DNA of 63,847 nucleotides, counting the filler, from Choristocarpus tenellus KU-1152 (Eukaryota > Protista > Phaeophyceae), in NCBI GenBank assembly GCA_964200185.2. It is 10 parts of 10 records of this genome, joined end to end, with 100 filler letters (N's around TTAATTAATTAA, not from the genome) between each part and the next. Parts side by side here need not be neighbours in the genome. Positions count along the whole stretch, not along the records: positions 3,669 to 21,051 come from CAXNAD020000680.1; positions 21,152 to 36,931 come from CAXNAD020000929.1; 8 more parts are not named here. One strand, written 5' to 3'. Each line of letters opens with the position of its first letter. Within the stretch, counting starts at the first letter, position 1. Under the pieces are notes generated by a model, which saw only the letters and a list, made by a program, of their open reading frames with translations, did no database searches and had not been told where the DNA came from. Below, one piece after another: positions 11,901 through 24,400 of the stretch. Both the position numbers and the translations under genes were made by a program.

Positions 11901-14606
11901 ATCAACCTACCTCTCAATCGATTTGATTCAGATGAGTACCCTCACAAAAGACTCTCTCACATCATTTCCTATCATTACATAACCCTTTAATTCATAGACA
12001 GCGCATGGAATTTTTTTTCCGTATCTTAGACTATCTCCATGGACTTTGTTGAGTGGAGTACATCGAACACTTCAGACAGTAAATTGTGGCTTTTGCAGAT
12101 GATACATGAGTAGTAGTAGCGGTCTCTATGCAGCACCCTCCTAGGTGAAGCAAACTGATTTCCAATACCCCTTCCTTTATACTTGAGGAGGGTTTGTTGA
12201 TGGAACAGAGGAAATTGTAAAGTGGAGGCTATGGTAAACGTGGTAGTACAATGATAGGAAACCAGTGTTATTTTCTGTGACACCTGAAATAGTTGTTTTA
12301 ATCCATCTCTTGCTTGGTAGCACCATCTTTGTCAAGGACTCGCCCAATATCTTGTAAGTGACTCCGAAGTGTTCCTCTTAGAATTACACAAGGGTTGATG
12401 TTGTCAAAATGACTACCATTATTAACAAAGTACAATTGTCATGAGCAGACAATCCCTTTCAAGTCCAGCCAAGGCATCACAAATATGAAACAAAGAACTG
12501 AATTTCTCTCAGTCATAAATTGGATGATCTGCTGGATATGAGTAAATAGTGAATAAACCTAACTCTTTCTCAAAACACCCTAGGTTGTCCTAAATCACAT
12601 TTGGTTGCCGTGCTGTTATAGAAACTGGCGAGGTGTACTTGACACAAGTTCCTTTTGAAGGATAAGCAAAAAAAATGCAGTGGGCATTTTGGTGCACTAT
12701 ATTATTACCCAACCCAAGAGTATTCTGCACAACATGCAGCCACGATAAACTTGGAGCTTGTAATGAAAAACTACTCCACACCATGCATACACACATGTCC
12801 CATGCCCCACAGCCATATCAGGTTCGCATGTACTTTGAGCCATAGTATCCTGGATGGAGGTGCTATCGACGGTAGAGGGCCTCTGTGACTGCTTTCTGGT
12901 AAATGTGATCCCAGCATTCTGGAGGACGACCTTGTCTACCATGGGCAAATATTGTTCTCCTCTCTACAGCCACAGCCTCCTAAAGCGAGCTCGACGCATT
13001 TTGGGCATGGGAATTTTTTATATCATAGGTAGATTTTGTGTCACTCCCTACGCTCAAAAGGGCCTACTAAATCAACTCCCCTCTGAGGATACTATAGCTT
13101 TTTGGGAAAAGGACAATGCAACACTACACAGCCCAATGTACCAGTAGGTAATAGAGCCAACCTGCCAAACAGCCATATGCACCACACCCGCTTTGTTTGA
13201 TGCTCAAGGAAAAGCCCTGTCTTTGTTTGAAGTAACTCCCGAACAATAATTTGTTGTCTACAATATCATGCTATCTCCAATGCTTCTGGAGCACCTACAC
13301 CTCAACCATAAAGATATAAGGCCCCTCCTCATTAGTAGTCTAATCAAATAAACCCAACACAGGGTCTTATTGCAGCCCACTGGAATGTGCTTTAAATTGA
13401 TCCTTAGTTTCCATCTCAACTCATCACTTAAGCAGTTAGGGGGGCAACAATTGGTTTCATTACTATTACCACGTCTATCTTACTGGCATGCTTATATGGA
13501 TCCCACACTCCAACCAGCTATTACTACTGTAAATATAATAAAGTGAAACGCCTGGGTTTTATTTTGAGGAGGATGAACCAAGAGGACCAGGCAATGACCT
13601 ATCCCCATGGCAACACCACAATGAACACTCCCCACTAACAAGCAGGAATTACAATGTATTGAGAAGCAGTCAACCTCTCGAACAAAACGGAAAAAAGAGT
13701 CCAACACATCCTTGCCCTTTCCAAAACCATATTGATTTATGATCAAGAAAACATTTAGAAAATATCAAGTGCAAGGATGAAAAGATTCCTGGGTTAAACA
13801 ATCAACACAGGGAACAAGAAGATAACAAACCAACAAACCAACCAACAAAAAGACGCTTTACAGTAGAAGATCCTAGACTCTTGCACACCACCTTGTGCAT
13901 CATACTTGGCACGCAAGATCCTTCCCTCCCAGTGTTCAGGCAACTCAGGCTTGAACACATTAGTTCACAAGGCACCACCTCAAGCTGGTGCCAAACCAAA
14001 CCATTCACAACCATCAATCAGCAGGACAAGCAACTCCAAACCAAAACAAAACAACAAATGAGAAACGTAAAAAAACATACACATTTTACTAACAAAGACA
14101 ACAGTAAATAATGGTTAAAAATCATATGTCTACTCAATTGCCAGACCATGCAGCCCTGAGAGATCGCGTGGAGTCTATTTTCCTCTACATGATCACATAC
14201 TCCCCTAGGGAATGAGGCTCTTCCCAAGGTGTGACATGTGATACATATGTAAGGTGATGCGTACACATCCAGCTGCCTCTAGTTTGATGAAAACATTATT
14301 GCCCACAGTGCGCCACTCAAGAACACCCAAGGACACAGTAGACAAACAACATTGTTTGAACATAGAATTCGCATCCTCAATCATCGCATTTGCCAGTGCA
14401 GCGACAGGGGTTGGCAACTACAGCATTGAGATCACAGCCAAGTCAAAAATACATGACAAAGAAAACATAGTTCCCATCATACTGCAGACTTTACAGTCCA
14501 CTACCATCCTTATGGTTAGTATCAAGAACAAATCTGACAAAAAAAAGCAATTTTGCAACAACTTGCCAGAACCCCTCGACACCCTTCTGTCCTCGTCTAT
14601 TGTCAT

Positions 14607-17600
14607 CTATACCACTACAGACATTCCCATCACAACTCCTACAACTGCACACCAATGCCCTACAGCCCCAACCACGTATCTCCAGCCATTCCCAGCACCC
14701 CTGAATGGCCTGGAACCCCATCGGCTGGGTGCAGCACTGAGGACATTGCGTGCTGCTTCAGAGAGGGTGGGCGCAGCAGTAGGAGATGGAGTGGGTGGCC
14801 AAACACATTCACTGGACTCTGGACGAAACCCATAGGTCATAGGCACACAGCACGGGCAATCAACCAGGGTCAAACCCTCCGGAGAACCAACCTGCCACAG
14901 TGGTATAGAGAGAGTAAACAGTATGTACAGGAATGAGAAATACGAAAAGTTGGTATGAGGGGATACATATGAATAGCATTTAGGATGCAAAGGAGATGTG
15001 GACTTAAGGGGAATCGGGGATCAGAATTTGATTGGGGGGGATGGGGAAGATCCAACTGTGCAACACGCTGTGAAATCATCACATCATATGACATAAAAGG
15101 GTACTTGAAAACACTTCGATTCCATGCTGTATGTTAGCAATGCCTACTACTAATGTCAATTTTAAAATCCTTTTGCAACGTGCCACAACAGAACCATTTT
15201 TTCCACTTCAAAAAATCGATTTCATCCCAAGGCAGGAGGCAGGTAGGGAGAGAGTGGGGGGGAGGAGGCAAACCTGACACTCAACACCAACAGTAGGTAC
15301 TCACATTTTTATAGAGGCAGGCAGAGGTAAGGTTGATGAAGAAACTACTATATCAGGGTTAGGGATAGGTAAAAAAGTGGAAGCAATAGATTGAAGTACC
15401 CTTACTAACATATTCTTCATTACTTAGTACTTGAGTCAGACCTAGATTGGAGTGTCTCAGCATATGTGTTTCAAGATAGTTGAAGGAGAGTGCTAATACA
15501 AAAAAATGAGCAAAAAAAATCGGCGTACCGTGTATTCACTCATCAGGGTAAAAAACAAAAACAGTATCGCCTTTTCCCTTATAATTACCCAACATTCATA
15601 GCACACTTTTCTTTTTGAGTAACCTCTGTGCTTATACTTCCGCCATAAAGAGTCATCAAGAGTCATAGAGAGCAAACATGCCCCATTGTACTGGATCTAT
15701 CCTCCCAATCCAGTCTCATCATCCTCACTACCTGCACATCACTTCCAGGTATGACATGCATCAAGCACCAAACTAACCTCCTGTTCTGGAGGCACATCAG
15801 ATACATGCAATATTATGCTATGGGTACCTCTCCCAAGACAAGACTTTCTCGATCTGAGAGGAACAGAGGAAGAGTGGACTCATTGCACTAACAGTAGGAT
15901 AGCAACACATTATTTATTACATGGCATGTAGTATGTAGCTGACACTTTTCTAGTCATCAGAAAGGATGTCAATACACACTGCTGTAGCCTAGTACACAGT
16001 AAACCAGAGACCCAAACGTAACCTGATAAAAATCCAAGACCCTAACCCTAACCCTGAGAGCCAAAAAGAACACTTGCCATGGTGGAACACCCTAATGTAG
16101 CATGCTCACTCCTTCCACTGTATATCTGATCGATTCATATCCACCCTTGGGATACATCATGTTTGACATGACTATTTACTTCAATACAATTTACTTCAAT
16201 ATTATTTTCATCAATACAATATACTTCCATATTATTTACTTCAATACTTCATGAAGTACATGTCATATTGTTAGGTGTCCATCACATGCATAGTACCATC
16301 CCATGCATAGTAGGGAGTAGGTGAGAGCTCTATATAAATCTGCAGTACTTGGCACTATGTGTTTGCTCCCATGTCCTAATAATTCAGTTTTGTAGAATCA
16401 CCATACAATAAACCAATCAACTACCACCCACACTACACTACTCTACCAAACCCACATATACATCACTGCATGCCTCATGATAATTACAGACTAACAGCAT
16501 TCCTCACAACCCTAACCCTATCAGATACACGAATCCCATTTCTAGTAACACACACACGCACACACAGAAACATAACACACACACAACACTTACACACAGA
16601 TATCAAAAAATTATTTGAAGATAACAAAGATATTCAACAAACAACCATTACCCACTTCAACAGCACCTACGCTAAACCATATCAACTTCAACAACCAAAG
16701 AGAAGAGACCTCGCTGACTTCATGCATTCATACCTGCTCATTGTATGCATCCCAATCAAACACACACTGCCGACAGTCTTCTTTCCCCAGTATGTTGCAT
16801 CCCAACCCTGAGCAGTCCTCTTCATAATACACCTGCAACAAAATATCAAAATAAATATACATACATACATACATACATACATACATACAGATACACATTC
16901 ACCATACATGTTGGACCATGGGGAAGGAGAGGCGAGGGAGCATAGGGGTAGAGAAAAATAAAGCTTAGTCCCGTGACATAAAGAGGTACACACAATACAG
17001 AGGTACACACAGAATCCTCTTCTTGGAGTCAATCCATACAGTATCCTGTCCAGACGTATAGAGGTGCTAACGATTTGCTTACACCATGCTATACTCTGTC
17101 TGCTTGGCCATAGTTATAACCAAAAACTAACATTGAGAACACCTTGAACAGGTGCAAATATATACATATATATATATAAATTTGAGTCCATCAAGGGTTT
17201 GCTTTTAAAGCCTTTGTCCCTTGAGAGTATTTTGTGAATCACGGAAATGTACCATGCAGTTGGAATAGTCACGCAAACAACTATCCTCTGACTATTCCTG
17301 ATCAACCAAGTGAAAAATTGGAGAATTCTCTTTTCCTAAAACAGCGAATAGACCTGACATCATTATCATCGAACAGACCTGACATCATTATCTGAACAGA
17401 CACATTTGATAACATAACAGACACATTCGTTTCCAGCTCGACCTGCTCAAAAAAAAAATCCACAAAGGTTTAGCATTGATTGTATCACCAAGTAACCTAA
17501 CCCTAACCCTAACCCTCATTCCACACCTTTTCTTTTTTCAAGAATCAACATTACCCTATCCCTCATTTCAGTTGAGGTAATATACGTTGTCATGTTTTGA

Positions 17601-20449
17601 AAATATGCTGAGTAAATTAGGTCACTCCCACTATGTATGTACACATACATTACATCAAAATCAGGTATCCTACATGTACTCCTCTACAGCTCACCATCAG
17701 ATACAGCCTCAAAAAACACCTCCAACAGGGTTTCCACCACCTCGGTAGGCATTTAAATAAAGCATCTGTGATTTTTTGTTCCCAACATACACTGGTATTC
17801 ATACATCTTAGGTTCATTGTATGTAATATTCAGCATATTAGATGCAATGGTCGCAACTGAGATCATTCGGACCAAACTACAAATGACATGCATCAGTGCG
17901 AAAAACTCTTCAAAAAGTGTGTGTGTGTGTGTGTTTTAAGAGAACCTGCTGATAAAGGATTAGAAAAAGAAAAGAAAAGACATGTAATTGCTCCAGGGCA
18001 CTGTTCCGAGCTCCACCAAGGCTCACCCCTATCCCTCTCTCCAAGTCAATAGTGCTAGCCAAGTCCACACAAAGAGTACCATTAGTTTGACCTTTCTCGC
18101 ATCCCTCCATGGAAATCTGTTCACCCACCAGAGGTCAAGAAAAAGGGGATGGAAAGGTAAGAAAGAGGATGAAGGGGGGTTAGAAGAGCACTGGAAGTCA
18201 CAAGGAACTGATCGACTGTCTAACACTCAAAGCATCACCTTGATGAATCATTGAACCATGGAATGATACTGCTATTGCCTAATACATTATTTAGTATGAG
18301 CCATAAGATACCATGCACTCCAAGGTGGTGGAAACCCTATCCAAGCCCTTATTCCCTTATTCTTCTTGTCGGTGCACCTTCACCCAAGGTTTCTTTACAT
18401 ATGCTATTGTTAAAAAAAATGTAATAAAACTAGAACAGTGGGCTCGCATGGTCAGTTGCTTTGTGAATAAAACAGGCTCAAAGTATCTGGGTGGGGGGGA
18501 GGGGGTCTATACCAGGGTGTCCATTCGGGCCCTGTGCACTTACATTATCCATTCAATGCATGCAACAAAATCACCAAAAAACTGCGACTTGGAAAAATGG
18601 ACCCCGAATGAACAGCTGCAACCCCCCCCCCCAGATACTCTGAGCCAACAAGCACAGCACACTACACAAGAGCTTTGGGGTGAAGCTCCAATTAAATTGC
18701 TATGGTACATATATATAGGACAAGAACAGGGCAGCATGGGAAAGTGACGCTCACATCAACAAACGCCATATTAATAGAGCAACCTAATGGCATTATATAA
18801 AAAGGTGGTCAAAATTTCTCTGGCAAGTCTGTATCCATTTCAATGCAGCAGACCAAGTAACGTAATTTGTATCCATTTCAATCCTTAGGTATACATAAAG
18901 GAGGACAGGAGGCGGATCGGGGTGGAGTGCATTGAGGACTACAGTAGTGCAAAAAGTGAGTGAAACACAACCAATACCTCATCACAAAACAATCACGTGG
19001 CAGCTCTAGGGTACTATTCACGAGTCTCTTCTCTGGAAGGGTATATTCTCAATAAACCTCCAACTTCCTACAAGGAATGGCAACCGAATCACACCATGCA
19101 TGGACACAATTCAGACACACTGCTACACTCACTTCAAACTCTGACGTGGGCGGTGCTGTGGACCCCGGTGCCAGTGTTGCAGTCGTACCACTCTGCACAG
19201 GGGCTGGTGTATCTTCCCAATCACAGTCGATATCCCCCTGCAAACCGTACACCTCCGGCACACAGCATGGGCAGTCCACGTAGGGCACATCCGCACCACC
19301 GAGCACCTTTTCGGAGTACAACTCGCGGTTGAACACACAGAGACGGCACAGAGGAAACCTGTGAAAGTGTAGGTGGGAGATGGAACTATACATTGGACAC
19401 ACCACTCAAATGCCATGAGAGTGATACAGCAGCAGTCCACTGAAATGGAGTTCAAGGCACCAGGGGCAGGGCGTGAACACCACAGACGGTAGGCACTCTG
19501 CTTCGATAATCTGTTTGTCCCCTGATCGTTTCCGCATCATCCAATCTAGTGAGTTTGTCGCTGGGTGTATTTGAGGCATTGGTCTGGGGCTTCCAAATTC
19601 CTCGATATTGTGTCCAACGAGTCAAGGATGTTTGGTATCGACTGTGCATGATTTCTAATTCTATCCCCGCAACTATTAATTGTCGTAGCTGCTAGATTAT
19701 TGGGTTGGAATTCCTCTCATCTCGACACATCGCTCTCTACATGTCACCCTAACTCACCCTCCATGGTCACACCCAACCACGCTTCCTGTAGTTGAGTTAC
19801 ACTCCAGGTCGTGATATACTCCTCCCCCATAAACCTTGTCCAAATCAGTTAGCCTCCCGACTGCGGGCAATGAGGTATCAAAGTGGTCAGTTCGGAATCT
19901 CAATAGCTTGAGGGGTCACAAATCGCACCGCACAAAACAGTGCAAACCGTTGAACCATGATGTTTGCACTGGTCAGAACAAAATCATCTACGTAGCTGTT
20001 AGGATTGAACGGGCAAGCTTGTTGACGATTATACCTAGATGTGAGCTGCACTCACCGCATGGATCTCCAATGGGATCACGGCAGAATATATCAAATTCAC
20101 TCGGAGTTGGTTCAGGAGTTGGGGATAACGTTGGGGTTGGTGTAGGTGCTGCGGTGGGAAAGATTGTAGTTTGGGCAGGTGCCGACGTGGGTGATGCTGT
20201 CAAGAAAGGTTCGGAAGTCTCAGTCCACGTGGAACCTAGCTTCGTGAGTAGGTGATTAGGAAAAGAGACGGGCTTTGTTGGCGAAGGAGTGCATGAGATT
20301 TGTGCGCGATTTTCTGTCTGGAAATGTTGACTAGATGCGGCAGTCCACTGAGGAGATGCCCAGTTCACAATACCAAGGATAAAGGTGCACTTGACAAACA
20401 GTGACTGGAAAATATTGTAGTATGTCATTCTCTTTTGAAGGCCTTTCAT
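14607..20449 (-). CDS. Putative secreted, C-terminally anchored protein with two 10-Cys repeats (CRxCVF...VDCPCCVP) and Pro/Thr-rich linkers
   Basis: Six phase-compatible GT-AG exons: 20449-20056, 19860-19758, 19358-19133, 18116-18027, 16832-16734 and 14891-14607. Hydrophobic N-terminus (start codon less certain), PTAAPTPTP linkers, two alignable Cys repeats and a hydrophobic C-terminus (VVGVVMGMSVVV*). Confidence 0.8.
16171..16250. repeat. Degenerate 15-bp tandem repeat x ~5
   Basis: TATTTACTTCAATA(C/T)-like units in an intron. Confidence 0.7.
17493..17516 (+). repeat. Interstitial telomere-like (CCCTAA)n tract (representative of many)
   Basis: TAACCTAACCCTAACCCTAACCCT. Similar 2-3 unit tracts occur near 6272, 7092, 16040, 16509, 28504, 30399, 31177, 37302, 39598, 40519, 42356 and 43982. 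Confidence 0.75.
18475..18646 (-). mobile_element. MITE family 1, complete copy (172 bp)
   Basis: TIRs GGCTCAAAGTATCTGGG... / ...CCCAGATACTCTGAGCC (1 mismatch), flanked by AACA on both sides (18471-18474 and 18647-18650). The internal GGACACCCTGGTWTAGAC motif is shared with 45229-45410. Confidence 0.85.
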
Positions 20450-20830
20450 GAGGTCTACAAGGTAGGGTTCCTTGGGGTGAGGGATGTGGAGATTGAAACT
20501 GTCTGTATCCAGGAGGAAAGTATGACAAGAAGTAGGGGGGGTATAAATCCAAAATTGAGGTTAATGGAAGGAAACTAGTAAAGTATATATTTAGTTTTTT
20601 ATCTCGTAAAAGAGACAGAAAAATACGTTGTTAATATTTGACAACAATCATCACAATGAATTTGAAAATTTAACGTTTTTGTGGGTTCATTGGTAAATAG
20701 ATATTATTCTTTCAAAGGTGGATAGTCTTTTTAACCATTCACAATTCTATATTAGAGTGGACTTTTTCAAAAAATGCATCTAACACCTAAAAAGAGCGGT
20801 TTTATATATAACAAACAAATACAAACATTC

Positions 20831-21051
20831 TATATTATATATTATTATGCCCTCTGACATTTTGCAGATGTGTTGGAGGGAAAACAAATGAAAACTATAT
20901 ATATATATGTCAGTATAAGTCCTAAGGAAAATCATAAATGTGAAACACTGTAAAACAGGGTAAGAGTCAGAACCACTAATTAGTTAATTCACCTATATTG
21001 TACTACTGCCTTCCTGTGCTTCCCATCTACCTACTCCTGCGTCCCGGGGGG
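20831..21051 (-). mobile_element. Non-LTR retrotransposon 3' UTR fragment (same family as 45652-46044 and 46178-46630), cut by the contig end
   Basis: Shares TTATTATGCCCTCTGACATTTTGCAGATGTG...GGAAAACAAATGAAAACTAT and CTTCCCATCTACCTACTCCTG with the other two copies; has a TA/TAA-rich tail. Confidence 0.85.
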
Positions 21052-21443
21052 NNNNNNNNNNNNNNNNNNNNNNNNNNNNNNNNNNNNNNNNNNNNTTAAT
21101 TAATTAANNNNNNNNNNNNNNNNNNNNNNNNNNNNNNNNNNNNNNNNNNNNACCGTTTTCGCAGAACAACCATCCTCATAGTCCCGCTCCATCCTCAATT
21201 TTGAGAATCCCCTGTTAAATATTGTTACACATACAGAGCATATATAGTAGTAATAGTATTTTATTATTTTTAGTACATAATAGTGTTTGGTGTGGTCATA
21301 GTCTCAGACTTGTAGACATAGACACACTTACTGGCTTCCAATAGTCACAGTTCTGTTTGTTTGTAGAGTACACACTACACACACACACACTACTACATAC
21401 AACCCATACTAAACACACAAAACTAACAGAGATTGTATCAGAT

Positions 21444-24400
21444 ATGGAGACAATCCAAAACGTTGAACCTGAACTCTTCATATCTGGCAAGGTACGCGAT
21501 ATCGTCCAGTCTACATATGATGAGCTCTTTAGAGCATTGTAAGGCATCAAAATTTACACTTCCTCATACCCATCTCGTGACATGTCTTAGGTTACAAGGC
21601 CAGACGATTTTGGAGAAGCTACAGCAGAGATCAGTTCTCTTGTGTACATTTCAACAAGCAAAGAAGGTTCTCTACCCTCTGGTTTGTGGGAAAAGACCAA
21701 CCCCAATAAACCAAGGCAAGAATAGGGAGGAGGAATACTGGGTGGAGGTATCCATATGGTGATATGTGCCTCGTAGGGTCGTTACACTCTTGGCGATGGC
21801 GCTCCATGCTCTTAACAAAGTACAACTTCGGAAATTGTCTCGTAGGTAATGGAAGTAGTGCTTGCTCCATTGAACAAATGCATGAGGCAAAGCATATGGG
21901 GCAATGCTGCTCTGGTAAGTAGTGTGAAATGAATCTTAGACCTGGCGAACAATGTACTTCAACACTTGCATTTCCCCTTCCTGGACTGTGCGACTTTGTG
22001 TCAATGCCCGCTTGTTAAATATCCTCTTTTTCTCAGTCTCTTCTTTCCTGTCGGCCCGGGTCTGGTGGACGTGCGTTCTACTCTCAAAGCGGTCGATGCG
22101 ATGGCTAAGCTCCCCACACCTCGTCTGATAATGTGCCAAAGTGGGAAAAGGGCAGGTGAAAAGACGTTTGCAGCATCTATTTAAGAAGATCCTATGTTCG
22201 TGCTAGGGGCACTTTCCGATGTATCGCATGCTACGATACGAACACCTCTACGTGCGCCATTCGACATAGAGGGAGCTACAGTTGCGAAGATGTAGAAAGT
22301 GCACCTGTCCGCATGTCTTGCCTACCAAGTGTTTGTGCTTGCGCTCGATCCCCCTGTTTTGAATGGCATCATCATTGCTTCTGTTAAGATACTTTCGGGA
22401 GTGTGCTAACCCCAATCCTCACCTGACTAGTCTCGTACTTCCCAATCAATACCCGAAGGTGCTATGGCTACGATATTTCTCGGGTGTACAAGAGCATGGA
22501 CAGGGACACAGGCGCTAGAGTGGGGAAAGGGGCGAAACCTCACCTTCTTCACATTCCCATGGCTGAAGGACTGGGTGTCTGGTGCTGTTGAGGCTCGGAG
22601 GCAAAAGAGTGATGTTATGTTTAGGTGATGTATTTTCTCGTTTTTTGCCGTAAGAGCGGTCTCAGGGCACCTATCCATTAATGCCCGCAATCTCTGTGGT
22701 ACAACAGTATTCTATGGTATGATGCTACAATGTGGACTCATAACAGTTCAATCCTTGTCGATTGTTTCCTCCTCCACTGAAGGCAGCTATTTGAGAAGGA
22801 ATCGAGCACTTTCACTTACATCTTGGGAGATGCAGATACCAAGGAGGTATGTTTTTATTTGGACCAAGGGCACATTTATTTATCTGCAGTAGGGGGTGTA
22901 CTTGTTCCAGGTTGGCAGTTTCATCATTGCAGTTCCTTCGGATCATTTGTATTTGTTTGAAATATTCAAAGAGCTACATGTTGTGTTCTTATTAGGGCCG
23001 GTTTCGTTCTTTGAAGTGTGGGGAACACTTCGGATCATTCGAATTTGTGTGTCTTGTTGATTTCCCTAACTGGTATGTCAGGTCCAAATATTGTGTGTCT
23101 TGTTGATTTTACTAGAGGTGTGTCACACAGTAGATTGATTCCCCATTGACATTGCCTGTACCCAGCCTTTGCATATGTATACCATCATTCCCCTTAATTT
23201 CCTGGGTTGAGGTCAAACAACTTCCTTCATTTGAGCACTCTTGTACCATGTGCACCTTATCAGCTAGGTTTAGCGTCAGTGAGGTGATGCATAAGCAATC
23301 ATTTGAACTTGAAATCATTGGTGGTTTGGATTTGGTTGATTGATTCCATTCCAAGCATGTCCTTTGTGGAGACCTGGAAGGCGCCAACGCTCTTGTCATT
23401 CCCCCGTGCTGCCGTTGTCAACGCCATCACCATGACTTGACTGCGATATGCACTGCTCCATTCCCTCATCCTCCTACACACCAAGGCAATTGTGATTGAC
23501 CCAGTGGATGTGACTGCAGAGAGAGATGCCGAGATGGTGGAGCAGATGGGATTCAGTCTCAAGTATGCTGTGAACACCCATGTCCACGCAGACCACGTCA
23601 CTGGGTCTGGCAAGCTCAAATCACTTGTTCCAGGCACACAGAGTGTGATATCTGCAGTGTCAGGAGCAGATGCAGATGTGAAGATCTCTGAAGGAGACAG
23701 AATAGAGTTTGGATCAAGGTTAGACGTGTATGGAGATTGGGGATAGGTGTGGAAGTCGTGGGACAGGTTTGGGTGTGTCATTTGATATGGTACCTGCGTG
23801 TGATTGTGTTCAAAACTCTAGTTCTTGAACGAATCCTCTAAGCTTCTTTTCCCTTCGGTGTTTTGGTGAGGTTTTGCGTCTCAGTTTTGCACTACCGTGG
23901 TATGGATTGGAATGTTTCAAGATTATGTCTGAGGTCTATGGTAAAGCAAGTTTTACGCTGCTCAACTCTGGCTGTCATTTTTGATCTCATGAGCTGGCCT
24001 ATTCACTCCCCGGTGTGCCTTATGTTTTTGGACATGGTATTATTGCTGTCATCTGCAGGTTCTTGGAGGCCAGATCCACTCCTGGACACACAGCAGGGTG
24101 CATGACGTATGTGCTTGATGACAAGAGTGCCTGCTTTACCGGTGATACTCTCCTTGTACGAGGGTGTGGCCGTACTGATTTCCAGGTAAGGTCAATCCTT
24201 CTTCCAACTATGTAGTCTGTCAGTCCCCTGCCCATGTATGATGTTAGCTAGTGATGTAGCCACTGCATTGTACCTGCAACACAGCTGACCTTCCAGCTTG
24301 CATAGTGATCTGGTTGAGGAAATGAAAGTGAATTTCCTGGAAAGGGAGGCTTGTTGAGAGGTAAGAGTCTTTGGTTGAGTTCGTTCCTTGTGTATTGACT

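Noticed and set aside
11950-13300. Possible decayed coding or TE sequence between VPS13 and the Cys-repeat gene
   Set aside because: Only short ORFs with no recognisable motif or consistent splice chain.
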